Of a DNA stretch of 64,000 bases, positions 26,521-36,288 are shown piece by piece (positions within the stretch are counted from its first letter, which is position 1; each line of letters opens with the position of its first letter). The notes under the pieces are model-generated. The model saw nothing but the letters and a program-made list of their open reading frames with translations, ran no database searches and had not been told where the DNA came from. The position numbers and the translations under genes were made by a program. The DNA lies in the NCBI GenBank assembly GCA_965215195.1, contig CBDCDC010000001.1, positions 729,657-793,656 of the forward strand. The letters run 5' to 3'. Source of the stretch: Candidatus Latescibacterota bacterium (GTDB lineage Bacteria > Latescibacterota > UBA2968 > UBA8231).

Positions 26521-26541
26521 ATCTCCGCCAATGCCGCCCCG

Positions 26542-27357
26542 CTATTCCTTCACCGCACCAGCCGTCAGCCCCTGCGTGAAAAATCGCTGGGTGAAGAGGA
26601 AGAATAGCACCGTTGGCACCAAGGCGATGATCGAGGCCGCCGAGATGTAGCGCCAGTTGACGCCAAAGACGCCTTGGAGGCTGGCTAACCCCAATTGCAG
26701 GGTGTACAGCTCGCGGCTTTTGAGCACCACCAGCGGCCACAGAAAATCGTTCCACTGGGCCACGAACGTGAACGCGGCCTGCGCGGCGAGGGCCGGTTTG
26801 ACCAGAGGCATCATAATGCGCACATAGATGGTCCACGGGCCGCAGCCGTCAATGCGCGCGGCGTCTTCTAAGTCGGTGGGAATGGTGGTGAAGGCTTGGC
26901 GCAGGAGAAAGATGCCAAAGGCGTTGACGGCCACCGGCAGGATGACGCCGGCGTACGAATCCACGAGGCCGAGCTTCAAGGTGACGATGAAGAGCGGGAT
27001 TAAGAGGACTTGGAACGGCACCATGGTCGTGGCCAATATGCAGTAGAAGATGGCTTGGCGTCCGCGAAAGCGCATGCGGGCGAGGGCGTAGCCGGCCAGC
27101 GAGCAGCACGCCAAGTTGAGCAGGACGGTGGCGATGGCAATGTAGAAGGTATTGAAGAGGTAGCGCGCAAACGGGAGGATGTTCCAAGCCTTGGCAAAGT
27201 TGCTCCAGACGATGGGGTCGGGAATCCACTGCGGCGGGTGGGCGAACAGATCGGCCGACTCGGGTTTGAGCGCGGTGGATAGCAGCCAAGCGAAGGGGGC
27301 CAGCAAGGTCGCGCCGACCGTGCACAGGACCGCGTAGAGCAGAATGCGCTGGACCAT
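26542..27357 (-). CDS. carbohydrate ABC transporter permease (MalG/UgpE-like)
   Basis: EAA-loop-like DLEDAARIDGCGPWTIYVRIMMPLVKPAL and six hydrophobic segments. Confidence 0.85.
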   Translation of the reverse strand: MVQRILLYAVLCTVGATLLAPFAWLLSTALKPESADLFAHPPQWIPDPIVWSNFAKAWNILPFARYLFNTFYIAIATVLLNLACCSLAGYALARMRFRGRQAIFYCILATTMVPFQVLLIPLFIVTLKLGLVDSYAGVILPVAVNAFGIFLLRQAFTTIPTDLEDAARIDGCGPWTIYVRIMMPLVKPALAAQAAFTFVAQWNDFLWPLVVLKSRELYTLQLGLASLQGVFGVNWRYISAASIIALVPTVLFFLFTQRFFTQGLTAGAVKE

Positions 27358-27358
27358 C

Positions 27359-28279
27359 TCAGTCTCCTCGGCCGGCGAGGCGGAAGTTGAGCAGGGCAAA
27401 GATCAATATGACGACCAGCAGGCAGAGCGAGACGGCCGCGGCGTACCCTACTTCGAGGTACTTGAACCCGAGCGTGTAGATGTAATAGGCCAACAGGTTG
27501 GTGCGGTGGAAGGGGCCGCCGCCGGTCATCACGTACACTTCGCCGAAGGTGCGCAAGGCGGCAATGGTGGCGATGATGGAGACCACGAGCGTGTAGGGCT
27601 TGATCGTCGGGATGGTGACGTGGCGCACGACCTGCCACCAACCGGCTCCATCGACGCGAGCGGCTTCTTTGAGCTGGGCCGGGATGCCCTGCAAGCCGGC
27701 CAGATAGATAATCATGTAGTACGGCGCGGCCTTCCACACGGTGACCATGGCCACTGCAAACAGGGCGATGGCCGGCTCGGTCAACCACGCGGATTGGGTC
27801 TCCACGCCCAACCAGCCCAAGAGGGCCGCGGGGACGCCGCGCACATCGGCCAGCCACGACGGGCCGCTGACGCCCAGCCCCTTGAGGAAGGCGTTGAGCA
27901 GGCCGTCGGTATTGTAGAGCCACTTCCAGACGATGCCGGCGACCACGATGGAGGTGACGACCGGAATGTAGTACAGGGTGCGAAACACCTTGATCAGCCG
28001 CAGCGAGTTGTCGAGCAGGAGCGCCATGAAAAACGAGAGCACCACGAGCGCGGGCACGACAAGGGTCGAGTAGAGCAAGGTATTGGCCAAGACCCGCCAA
28101 AACAGCTCGTCGCCCCAAGCGCGGCGAAAATTGTCGAGGCCGACGAAGGTTGGCGGCGAGAAGATGTTGTAGCGGTGCAGGCTGAGATAGAGCGTGTCGA
28201 GCAAGGGATAGGCAAAGAACAGGGCTAGGAGCAACAGCCCGGGGGCGACAAAGCAATAAGGCGCGTAGCGTCCGTACAT
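27359..28279 (-). CDS. carbohydrate ABC transporter permease (MalF/UgpA-like)
   Basis: LKEAARVDGAGWWQVVRHVTIPTIKP EAA motif. Start chosen at MYGRYAPYCFVAPG. Confidence 0.85.
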   Translation of the reverse strand: MYGRYAPYCFVAPGLLLLALFFAYPLLDTLYLSLHRYNIFSPPTFVGLDNFRRAWGDELFWRVLANTLLYSTLVVPALVVLSFFMALLLDNSLRLIKVFRTLYYIPVVTSIVVAGIVWKWLYNTDGLLNAFLKGLGVSGPSWLADVRGVPAALLGWLGVETQSAWLTEPAIALFAVAMVTVWKAAPYYMIIYLAGLQGIPAQLKEAARVDGAGWWQVVRHVTIPTIKPYTLVVSIIATIAALRTFGEVYVMTGGGPFHRTNLLAYYIYTLGFKYLEVGYAAAVSLCLLVVILIFALLNFRLAGRGD

Positions 28280-28290
28280 AGCGGTTGGTC

Positions 28291-29544
28291 TCAATGGAAA
28301 CGCGACAGGTGGTTCCACTTGGATTCGATGCGGCTCAGGGCCGCGTCTGCGCTCTGCTGGCCGGCCAATGCCTTGGCGAATTCCTCGTGGAGGATGTCCT
28401 CCATCCGGCTCCAGCCCTTGACGTCAGGCGGGGCCATGACAAAGGAGTGGGCAATGTCGGCCGCAGAAAGCTGGTTGGCCGCGTCGGCCAGCGTGGCGGG
28501 CGGGCGGCGGAAGTAGGGGTCGGCGGCCGCGTCCACGGTCGAGGGCAAAATTGCGACGCGGCGGCAGAATTCGAGTTGGTTGGCGTCGTTGGTGACAAAC
28601 AGCCCAAAGTCAACGGCTTGCTCTACGTGGGGCGAGGCTTTGGGCACGACCAAGACTTGGCTGGTGGCCGGCACTTGCCCGAGGCGGCCGCGCGGCATGG
28701 GGGCTGGCACCGCCTTTTTGGCAAAGGAGTCGTCGAAGTAACGGGTGATCCAGCCGCCGGAAAAGGGCAGCATGGCTGCGCGGCCCTCGATGAACCAATT
28801 GACCTCGTCGCGGTGGGCGGCGGCGAGGGCTTCGGGGGGGAGGACGCCTTGCTGATAGGCGTTGATCCACTTTTGCAAGATGGCCTGCGCTGCGGGGTGG
28901 TTGATGCGGGTGCGGCGGCCGTTGGGGGCGAAGAGCGGCCAGAATCCGTCTAGGCGCAACAGGGCCCAAGGCGGGGCTATGAGCGAGGGATGCAGCCGCC
29001 AAGAGATCCCGTATTTGCCGGTGCGCTCGCGGATTTGGCGGCCCATGGCGATCATCTCGTCGATGGTGGTCGGCGGGTGCTGCGGGTCGAGGCCGGCTTG
29101 GGCGAAGAGATCCTTGTTGTACCAGAGCATGGTGACGCCAACGTACCAGGGGATGGCGTAGTTGCTGCCTTGGAAGTAGCCGACGCCGCGCCAGAAGTTG
29201 GCGAGCCGTTTGGCCTTTTCGGCGGGCGCGACCGCCTCGTCCATGTTGACGAGGATGTCGTATTGCAGGAAGCGGGGCAGGTCGTAGATGTTGGCCAAGT
29301 CGGGGGGCGCGTCTCCGACTAAGGCGGCGAGGAACTTCTCGGCCACTTCGCCGCCGCTGACATCGACCCACTTGACTTGTACGCCCGGATGCGCCTGCTC
29401 GTACTCGGCGATCATGCCCAAGATGTAGTCGGCAAACGCATCGCCGAGGGCAATGGTCCAAAACTCGAGGGTGACGGTGGCGTCTTGGCGCGGCTTGGGG
29501 CTACAGGAGGCAAGGGCGAGAAGGAGGGAAAGGGCTAAGGGCAT
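28291..29544 (-). CDS. extracellular solute-binding lipoprotein of the sugar ABC importer
   Basis: LLLALASC lipobox, family-1 SBP size, and operon position upstream of the two permeases. No ATPase gene is in the operon. Confidence 0.8.
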   Translation of the reverse strand: MPLALSLLLALASCSPKPRQDATVTLEFWTIALGDAFADYILGMIAEYEQAHPGVQVKWVDVSGGEVAEKFLAALVGDAPPDLANIYDLPRFLQYDILVNMDEAVAPAEKAKRLANFWRGVGYFQGSNYAIPWYVGVTMLWYNKDLFAQAGLDPQHPPTTIDEMIAMGRQIRERTGKYGISWRLHPSLIAPPWALLRLDGFWPLFAPNGRRTRINHPAAQAILQKWINAYQQGVLPPEALAAAHRDEVNWFIEGRAAMLPFSGGWITRYFDDSFAKKAVPAPMPRGRLGQVPATSQVLVVPKASPHVEQAVDFGLFVTNDANQLEFCRRVAILPSTVDAAADPYFRRPPATLADAANQLSAADIAHSFVMAPPDVKGWSRMEDILHEEFAKALAGQQSADAALSRIESKWNHLSRFH

Positions 29545-29729
29545 TGGGAATTAGGAATGGTGGAGTGCATGGGGGTGAGTGACTTTGTCACAGGAATAGA
29601 ATTGGGTTTCAGTAGGCGACTTGTTCTGTTGACCAAACTACGTTTAGGCGCATCTGCAAGCAATCGGCACCTAGACAGGTCTTGCCGAAATGAACATCGG
29701 CACTCGGTGAATGACGTTGCCGGCCTTGA

Positions 29730-29909
29730 CAAAGTTTGTGGATTCCACACAGTGGACTATTCCTGAGAACGCCGCCGGGGAATAGGTTGGAAAAGCTCAA
29801 GGGAGAGTGGGAGGACTTTTACTCCATCAGGATCAACGATCAGTGGCGATTGGTTTTTCGCTGGAGCGACGGGCAGGCGTATGAAGTAAGGATTATTGAC
29901 TATCACTGA
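29730..29909 (+). pseudogene. HigB-family toxin, C-terminal fragment only
   Basis: ...LRTPPGNRLEKLKGEWEDFYSIRINDQWRLVFRWSDGQAYEVRIIDYH*. The frame is closed by TGA at 29727 and has no N-terminal half. Confidence 0.65.
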
Positions 29910-29928
29910 CGGAGGTACGATAAAAACT

Positions 29929-30210
29929 ATGGAGCGACAACCTAAGAACCCCTTTCACCCAGGCGAGATGCTTCTTGAGGAGTTTCTCGAACCTATGGGT
30001 ATGGACTTGACAGCATTTGCGGAGAAAATCGGCTGGTCCCAAGCTCGACTCAATGCGTTCATTCGAGGCGAGCGCGACGTAACGGCCGATGCAGCACTCG
30101 ATCTTGCCGATTCCCTCGGAACATCGGCAAAGCTCTGGATGAATATGCAGTCAACGTACGATTTGGATAGAGCTGCCAAGGCACGGAGCTTGGTTGTTTC
30201 GAGTATTTAG
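29929..30210 (+). CDS. higA: HigA-family antitoxin (XRE HTH)
   Basis: NPFHPGEMLLEEFLEPMGMDLTAFAEKIGWSQARLNAFIRGERDVTADAALDLADSLGTSAKLWMNMQ. Confidence 0.75.
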   Translation: MERQPKNPFHPGEMLLEEFLEPMGMDLTAFAEKIGWSQARLNAFIRGERDVTADAALDLADSLGTSAKLWMNMQSTYDLDRAAKARSLVVSSI

Positions 30211-30217
30211 CAAATTC

Positions 30218-30356
30218 CCTTACTACACGACACCAGCCTCTCAGCCTGCCAAGGCTCGAGGGCATCTGGCCCTCGTCGAGGGCGGGACGCCCTCGATCCC
30301 GGACCCATCGGTAACAGCAGAAAAGGCGTACTCAAAGTAAGTGTCGTGTACTAAGG
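30218..30356. repeat. MITE/REP-like element, copy R2, with terminal inverted repeats
   Basis: CCTTACTACACGACAC ... CGAGGGCATCTGGCCCTCG TCGAGGGCGGGACGCCCTCGA ... GTGTCGTGTACTAAGG. Confidence 0.65.
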
Positions 30357-30440
30357 CAAATTCCCAAGAACATGCACGACCCGTTCGGCTGTCGGGACCG
30401 AGAATTTTTGCGGCCCTGCTGGATGTGCTCGCCGCATGAG

Positions 30441-30477
30441 CCGCCCGACATGTCCACGAAATGGACATGTCGGGCGG
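30441..30477. other. perfect 16-bp stem / 5-nt loop hairpin
   Basis: CCGCCCGACATGTCCA-cgaaa-TGGACATGTCGGGCGG. It is followed by further ATGTCG-containing repeats up to about 30540. Confidence 0.9.
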
Positions 30478-30551
30478 ATATGTCGAAAAAAGTCCAAAAA
30501 ATCGACGCGTTTTTGGAATATGTCGAAGACGTGGACATATCGGAGCCTAGA

Positions 30552-31415
30552 TCAATCCGTCTGGATTTTGAACGACTGCACGGCGATATGCTCGTGATCC
30601 GATGTCCGCGCTTGCTTTATGGCGTGTTCGGTCAGGGGCAAATGGTAATGGGTCTCGGCGTTGGCTTTGATAAAGCCCTCGGCATAAGCGCACCCGGCGG
30701 CTGAGCCAAAGGCCCCGTCGCTGGTCTCGATCCGCTTGCGTGCATAGGCTCCGCCGTAGCCTTGGCTTGCTAGGCAATCCAGCGCCGCCAGCTTCTTGGC
30801 GACCACGTCGGTAATGTCGATAAAGACATCGTTGTAGTAGCCGCCCTCTGAATCCCAGACACTGCGCGGAATGGCCGCCGCCCCGGTGCCAAAATAGAAA
30901 ACTTGCGCGACCCGGTGCGGCGGGCGGCTGTCGCCGGGATCCACTCCGTTGGCCAGCGCGAGCGCGTGAAGGACGATTTGACCGCAGACCGCATGGGCGT
31001 TGGTCAGCCCGTCGCCTTCCTTGGGAAAGTGAGTCAGCACCACATCCGGCTGCAGTTGGCGCACCAGCCGGGCCAAGCGGCGCACGGCCTCCTCGGTAAC
31101 TTGCAACACGGCGTCGTCGGCCGCGAAAAAGTGGATTTCCTCAACCCCGAGCAGGGCACAAGCTCGCCGCACTTCGTCGGCCTTGACGTCGGCGCGCTCG
31201 GCCATCAGCGCCGTTAGTTGGTCGGCTTGCGGGACTTCGGCCCGGTGGAACATCTCGTCGCTGATCACCTTGTCGTGGACCCTCGCTCCATGCGTCAGCA
31301 CCACGCAGCCGACCCAATCGCCGCGGGCGACGTGATGGGCCATAGTGCCGCCCGACTGGTCGAAGATGTCGGCTGGATGTGCACCGATGGACAACAAGCG
31401 CAGAGTATCGCTCAT
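30552..31415 (-). CDS. PIG-L / LmbE-family deacetylase
   Basis: LLSIGAHPADIFDQSGGTMAHH...VLTHG...HRD-like pattern, and later HFPKEGDGLTNAH. Confidence 0.75.
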   Translation of the reverse strand: MSDTLRLLSIGAHPADIFDQSGGTMAHHVARGDWVGCVVLTHGARVHDKVISDEMFHRAEVPQADQLTALMAERADVKADEVRRACALLGVEEIHFFAADDAVLQVTEEAVRRLARLVRQLQPDVVLTHFPKEGDGLTNAHAVCGQIVLHALALANGVDPGDSRPPHRVAQVFYFGTGAAAIPRSVWDSEGGYYNDVFIDITDVVAKKLAALDCLASQGYGGAYARKRIETSDGAFGSAAGCAYAEGFIKANAETHYHLPLTEHAIKQARTSDHEHIAVQSFKIQTD

Positions 31416-31443
31416 GTTCGTTTCCTTTCGCGTTTTGTTGCAC

Positions 31444-32082
31444 TCATTTGAACAGGCTCTTGCGGCCTATCCTGCTGCACAAAGGGCACTCGGCCGGCTG
31501 GTGCCCGCGCGCCGGGCAATGCTCGCGGCCAAAGTAGATGATTTGCAGGTGCAGGTCGTTCCACCGCGCCTCCGGGAAGAGGCGCTTGCAGTCCCGCTCA
31601 GTCTGCTCAACGCTCTTGCCGCTGGACAGGCCCCAGCGGTAGATCAGCCGCTGGATATGGGTATCCACGGGGAAGGTCGGCACACCGAAGTTCTGGGCCA
31701 GAACGACTTGCGCGGTCTTGTGCCCCACCCCGGGCAGGCGTTCGAGCGCGGCCAGATCGGGCGGGACTTGGCCGTTGTGTTCGGCGAGCAGGATCTGCGA
31801 GAGCGACCAGATGGCCTTGGACTTGCGCGGGGCTAGGCCGCAGGGGCGAATGATTTGCTCGATCTCTTCCGCGGCCAGCTCGACCATGCGCTCTGGCCGG
31901 TCGGCGCGGGCAAAGAGCGCGGGCGTCACTTGGTTGACCCGCACATCTGTACATTGCGCCGAAAGCAACACGGCAATGAGATGCGTGTAGGGATCCCGAC
32001 GTTTGAGCGGGACCGAGGGATTGGGATAGAGCCGCTGGAGTACGTCGAGGACGATCTGAACTTTGGCCGTGGTTGTTAGCAA
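31444..32082 (-). CDS. nth: endonuclease III
   Basis: LIAVLLSAQCTDVRVN, HhH LPGVGHKTAQVVL, VDTHIQR, and the C-terminal Cys cluster CPARGHQPAECPLC. Confidence 0.85.
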   Translation of the reverse strand: MLTTTAKVQIVLDVLQRLYPNPSVPLKRRDPYTHLIAVLLSAQCTDVRVNQVTPALFARADRPERMVELAAEEIEQIIRPCGLAPRKSKAIWSLSQILLAEHNGQVPPDLAALERLPGVGHKTAQVVLAQNFGVPTFPVDTHIQRLIYRWGLSSGKSVEQTERDCKRLFPEARWNDLHLQIIYFGREHCPARGHQPAECPLCSRIGRKSLFK

Positions 32083-32138
32083 TCTACCTCGTACATGGAG
32101 GAACTAGGGCAAGTCCGTAGGGGCGAAGTCTGCGTCTG

Positions 32139-33272
32139 CTAGGATGGTTCGCGACGTGCCGCCCACTGCTTTTTCATCTGCTCCATCTCCCCATTCAGCG
32201 CGATTGTCCCACTGGTGATTTGATTCTCCGAATCGTACAACCAGCGGCCCTGATTGGCGCGCAAGACGGGCATGCGCTGGGCGACCGCCGGGGGTTCGGC
32301 CACGCGAGTGGGTTCGGCCGCGTACCAGTAGGCGACGCTGCTCATCTCGTTGCAGAGGTGATTGCCGTGGCCGTGTTCGATGGTGGCCTTGATTTCCCGC
32401 TCGAAGTGAACCGGGTTTTCGAGATGGTGGACGTACGAGGTCTGGTAGCCGTTGGTGTTGTCTTCGTGGATGGAGGAACCGTTGCGCAAAAAGGCGTTGT
32501 CCTGCATGCCCCAAGCCTGATTGAGGTAGTCCTCGCTGCCGGTGCCGTGCAGTTCGGGGGGCCACTTGTACCCATCGACCCAGATCATGTCGTCGCCCTC
32601 GCCCCACCAAGTGCCTTGGAAGTTGGTGACGCTGATGTTGCAGCCGATGTAGTGGCCGCGCCCTTGGGTCTCCAAGATGACGTAGTTGTTGTCCCAAGCA
32701 GTTTGTTCCTTGTTGGCGATGTTGGCCTCTGGCGCGTTGACGCGGATTTCGTGGCCCCAGCCGCCAAAGGGGTTTTCGCGGCGGAACTCGGCGTGAAAGT
32801 ACCCGGCCTCGCCCGGCACGTGGCCGGTTTCGTAATCGACGTAGAAGTACTGGCGGTGCCGTTCGCTACTCTCGTTGACCAGCTCGACGACCGCTCGCTG
32901 GCGGAAGGGCATTTGCGCGTAGGCGTTGAGGGCGCAGCCGGCGTTGAAGCGATTGTTGCTGCGCGTCGAAGCCGAAAAGAGCAAAGACTGGTAGGAGTTG
33001 ACAATGCCGTGGCCGAGGCCAAAGAAATCGCCCAAGGGGCAGACCACGCTGGGATAGTCTGCGTCGTCGTAGGTGATCTTGAGCAAGCACTCTCGGTAGT
33101 GGTTGGCTTGGGTCAGCCAGAGGTGGGTGATGCGGCCGGGGCCTTGGAGGTCGGCGAGGATTGCGCTCTCGCCGGGTTCGATCCACCAAGCGTCGCTGTT
33201 GCGGCCGGTTTCGTCCCAAGAGGAGGCGCGCCCGGTTTGGGCCGTGCGGATATGGGCGAGTTGGTCGAGCAT
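32139..33272 (-). CDS. DUF2961 (GH172-like) family protein
   Basis: SSWDETGRNSDAWWIEPGESAILADLQGPGRITHLW and later WGEGDDMIWVDG are DUF2961 hallmarks as I recall them. Start at MLDQLAH with a GGAG RBS. Confidence 0.7.
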   Translation of the reverse strand: MLDQLAHIRTAQTGRASSWDETGRNSDAWWIEPGESAILADLQGPGRITHLWLTQANHYRECLLKITYDDADYPSVVCPLGDFFGLGHGIVNSYQSLLFSASTRSNNRFNAGCALNAYAQMPFRQRAVVELVNESSERHRQYFYVDYETGHVPGEAGYFHAEFRRENPFGGWGHEIRVNAPEANIANKEQTAWDNNYVILETQGRGHYIGCNISVTNFQGTWWGEGDDMIWVDGYKWPPELHGTGSEDYLNQAWGMQDNAFLRNGSSIHEDNTNGYQTSYVHHLENPVHFEREIKATIEHGHGNHLCNEMSSVAYWYAAEPTRVAEPPAVAQRMPVLRANQGRWLYDSENQITSGTIALNGEMEQMKKQWAARREPS

Positions 33273-33285
33273 GAAGTACTCCTTT

Positions 33286-34500
33286 CTAAGCCTTGACGTT
33301 GCCCGTCTTTTGCACCTGCTCATAAATCCGGGCGAATTCTTCAGATCCGTCGTCGTTCCAGACCTCGCTCCGTACGCCGCGCACATTGCCCTCGACAAAG
33401 CCGGTCAGCCGTGCGACCGCCGAGATGCTCGGGGTGTAGTACGTGGTGCCGCCGGGCAGGTGCAAGATGCCGACGTGGCGCGGCAGCTCGCTCTTGGGCC
33501 GTGCGGCTAGCTCGGCCAATATGCGCTCATCCACCTCCACGCCCAGTCCCGGCCCTTCGGGCACGGGCGTGCTGCCCTCGCTGACTTCGAGGCGGCCGCC
33601 GGTCACGTCCTCGGCGTACTGGTCGTCTAAGTTGGTCGAATGCGAGACATTGGGCATGACCGCGCCCAAGTGCATGGCCATGGCCTTGCACAGGGTGCCG
33701 CCGGTGAGCTGGACCACGGTCGAGAGGCCGGCGGCCGCCGCCGCCAAGCCCCGGCGCATGGAGTGGCCAATGCCCATTTCGCCGATCATGTAGAGGTCGG
33801 CCACATCCCGCTGCATCTCCGGGCCGCCCCCGAGCTGGGGCACGTGCATCAAAAGTGGCAGGGAGGTCTTGGCGCGCAACAGGCGCCAGCCCTCGATGTC
33901 GTAGGGATAGAGCGGATCTTCCAAAAAGCCGACGACCGGAAATTTTTCCAGCTCATCGACGATGCGCAGCACGGCCGTAGCGGGCCGATTGTGGTTGAAG
34001 TCCCAGTGGACCTTAAAGCCGGGCGGCGCGACTTCTTGGGCGGCGCGCGTCTGCTCGATCACGTCGTGGTGTTCGGCCGAGTGCATCTTGAAGATGGTGT
34101 AGCCCTCTTGGGCGGCGCGCTGGATTTCGCCGGCAAAGTCCTCGGGAGCGGCCGGCCGGGTCCACGCCGCCACGGGTACGCGGTCGCGGACCTTCTGGCC
34201 CAACAGCTTGTACGCCGGCTCTTCAATGGCCTTGCCCATGGCGTCGTACAGCGCACCCATCAGGCCGGTGTTGAGCGCACCGGCGACGTAGTTGAACGGC
34301 GATTGGTCGATCATGGCTGCGATCTGCCCTGTGCCCAGCGAGGCGTGGCCGCGCCCGTCGCCATAGCCCACGACGCCGTTGTCGAGGGTTACGCGGAAGA
34401 CGGTCTGGGTGTCGATGCCGGCGAAGCGGACCTCGTGGCCTTGGTAGCGGTCGCAGAGGCGCGGGTTGAGGTGGAAAAATTCGACGTTGGTGATTTTCAT
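33286..34500 (-). CDS. enolase-superfamily enzyme (mandelate racemase / muconate lactonizing family)
   Basis: MKITNVEFFHL N-terminal capping domain. Barrel-domain metal-ligand contexts VHWDFN, FLEDP, MIGEM. Confidence 0.75.
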   Translation of the reverse strand: MKITNVEFFHLNPRLCDRYQGHEVRFAGIDTQTVFRVTLDNGVVGYGDGRGHASLGTGQIAAMIDQSPFNYVAGALNTGLMGALYDAMGKAIEEPAYKLLGQKVRDRVPVAAWTRPAAPEDFAGEIQRAAQEGYTIFKMHSAEHHDVIEQTRAAQEVAPPGFKVHWDFNHNRPATAVLRIVDELEKFPVVGFLEDPLYPYDIEGWRLLRAKTSLPLLMHVPQLGGGPEMQRDVADLYMIGEMGIGHSMRRGLAAAAAGLSTVVQLTGGTLCKAMAMHLGAVMPNVSHSTNLDDQYAEDVTGGRLEVSEGSTPVPEGPGLGVEVDERILAELAARPKSELPRHVGILHLPGGTTYYTPSISAVARLTGFVEGNVRGVRSEVWNDDGSEEFARIYEQVQKTGNVKA

Positions 34501-34636
34501 GGATGGGCTCCTAGGTAATAGCGCATAGATAAGCTCAGCGAGAGCGATGCTCTTCCCGGGCCGCTTCAGTTGCGGCCTCGAGGCGATTGCGAAGTTGAAG
34601 GCTGCAAGTGTCGAGATAGACTCTCATGCTTGGAGG

Positions 34637-36022
34637 CTACAAGCCACTCAGGATTTTGCCGGGGTTCATAAGGTTGTCCGGGTCAAGTGCTCTTTTGATG
34701 CGGCGCATGATCTCGACGCCCGGGCCGCACTCGGCTTCAAGCGCGTCGATCTTGCCCAAGCCGATGCCGTGTTCGCCGGTACAGGTTCCACCGGCTTGGA
34801 GTGCCCACTCGACGATCTGCTCGCCCAGCCGCTGCACCTGCGCCAGTTCCGCGGCATTGCCCGGCTCGATGAGGCAGACGACGTGGAAGTTGCCGTCGCC
34901 GACGTGGCCGAAGAGCGGCGCGGGAAAGCTAAGGTCGGCCAGCGCGGCCCGCGTCTGGTGGATGCAGCGGGCGAGGGCCGTAATCGGCACGCAGACATCG
35001 GTTACATAGCCGACCGAACCGGGGCGGAGCGCACGCGAAGCGTAATAGGCATCGTAGCGCGCCTGCCACAAGCGGTCGCGCTCGCCCGCGGCCGTGGCCC
35101 AGCGGAAGGGACCGCCGCCGTGCCGGGCCACGTGCATACCGGCGGTTTCAGCTTGTTCGACAACCCCTTTTTCCGAGCCGTGAAATTCAAAAAAGAGCGT
35201 CGGTGCCACCTCGTAATCAAGGCCCGCGTATTGGTTGCAGGCCTGCATTTGCACTTCGTCGAGCAATTCGAGCCGTGCGACCGGGACCCCCTCGCTCAAG
35301 ACGTCAATGGCGGCGGCGACGGCCGTGTCGAGGTCGGCAAAGGGGCAGATGGCTGCGGAGATGGCCGCTGGCCGCCGGGCTAGGCGCAGGGTCACTTCGG
35401 CGATTAGGGCCAGCGTCCCCTCGGAGCCTACCAGCAGGGCGGTCAGGTCGTAGCCGGCCGACGATTTGCGCGCCCGGCCGCCCACTTCGACGACAGTGCC
35501 ATCGGCGCAGACGGCCTTGAGCCCCAAGACATTGTCGCGCATGGTGCCATAGCCAACCGCAGCGCTGCCGGAGGCGCGGGTGGCGGCCATGCCGCCCAAG
35601 GAGGCGTCGGCGCCGGGATCAACTGGAAAGTGCAGGCCGGTCCCTTGCGCCCGCAGATGTTCGTTGAGTTGCTGGCGAGTGACGCCGGCTTCGACCGTGG
35701 CGTCCATGTCGGCGGCACTGACGCGGAGGATGCGGTTCATGTGCGAGAGATCGACGCAAAGGCCGCCGCGCACGGCGACGATACCGCCTTCGACGGCCGT
35801 GCCGGTGCCAAAGGGCACAATCGGCACTTGGTGCGCGGTGCATATCCGGGCGATCTGGGCTATTTCCGCAACGCTTGCGGGGAAAGCCACGGCCTGCGGC
35901 GGTTGCGGCGCGTGGTAGGAGGCGTCGGCCGCGTGGGCGCGGCGCACTTCAGAGGTGGTATTCAGGTGCGGGCCGAGGAGCGCACTCAGGGCCGACAGGG
36001 CTTGGGGGTTTATGGGGTTCAT
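34637..36022 (-). CDS. FAD-linked oxidase (GlcD / D-lactate dehydrogenase-like)
   Basis: VPIVPFGTGTAVEGG FAD-binding motif and C-terminal GTCTGEHGIGLGK. Confidence 0.8.
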   Translation of the reverse strand: MNPINPQALSALSALLGPHLNTTSEVRRAHAADASYHAPQPPQAVAFPASVAEIAQIARICTAHQVPIVPFGTGTAVEGGIVAVRGGLCVDLSHMNRILRVSAADMDATVEAGVTRQQLNEHLRAQGTGLHFPVDPGADASLGGMAATRASGSAAVGYGTMRDNVLGLKAVCADGTVVEVGGRARKSSAGYDLTALLVGSEGTLALIAEVTLRLARRPAAISAAICPFADLDTAVAAAIDVLSEGVPVARLELLDEVQMQACNQYAGLDYEVAPTLFFEFHGSEKGVVEQAETAGMHVARHGGGPFRWATAAGERDRLWQARYDAYYASRALRPGSVGYVTDVCVPITALARCIHQTRAALADLSFPAPLFGHVGDGNFHVVCLIEPGNAAELAQVQRLGEQIVEWALQAGGTCTGEHGIGLGKIDALEAECGPGVEIMRRIKRALDPDNLMNPGKILSGL

Positions 36023-36076
36023 GGGCCGGTAATATGCCCAACGACCGGGGGGCCGTCAAAGAAGAGCATACTACGA

Positions 36077-36288
36077 TCAGCCGCCGAGGAGGGCTTGGGG
36101 ATCGCGGCGTACCGCGTCAACTACGTCGAGGTCGTCGAAGGAGAGAAAGCACCGTCTGCCCGGCGTGAGCTTCTGCGCGAGGGTGCTCTTTCCGTCTGGC
36201 GGGCACCGGTTACGACCACTGCCGGCATGACGCGGAGACGGTCGTCAAGGCCCGGCGCAACGAGGCGGGGAAGCGTAGTGTCTATCAT
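36077..36288 (-). pseudogene. N-terminal fragment of an AAA ATPase (DUF4143-type), frameshifted
   Basis: MIDTTLPRLVAPGLDDRLRVMPAVVVTGARQT, then after a 1-nt shift GKSTLAQKLTPGRRCFLSFDDLDVVDAVRRDPQALLGG*. It is only about 70 codons long. Confidence 0.45.

Noticed and set aside
26440-26541. Possible promoter or independent start for the DUF3883 fragment (M at 26439).
   Set aside because: The frame is open upstream to about 26520 and directly abuts the permease stop, with no RBS. This is consistent with a truncated gene rather than a stand-alone small protein.
27000-28256. Long alternative-frame or antisense ORFs rich in Arg/Pro/Ala. Examples: 27000..28256, 28610..29461, 3728..4588, 41602..42852, 44123..45412, 7658..8578, 11734..12450 and 33640..34518.
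   Set aside because: They overlap genes with clear family motifs on the other frame or strand. They have low-complexity RPGA composition typical of shadow ORFs in high-GC DNA, and I saw no RBS or recognisable motifs.
30241-30704. ORFs 30241..30468 (-), 30332..30538 (-) and 30372..30704 (+).
   Set aside because: They are translations of the MITE copy and the hairpin/ATGTCG repeat region, and they overlap the PIG-L gene 3' end. They have no coding features.
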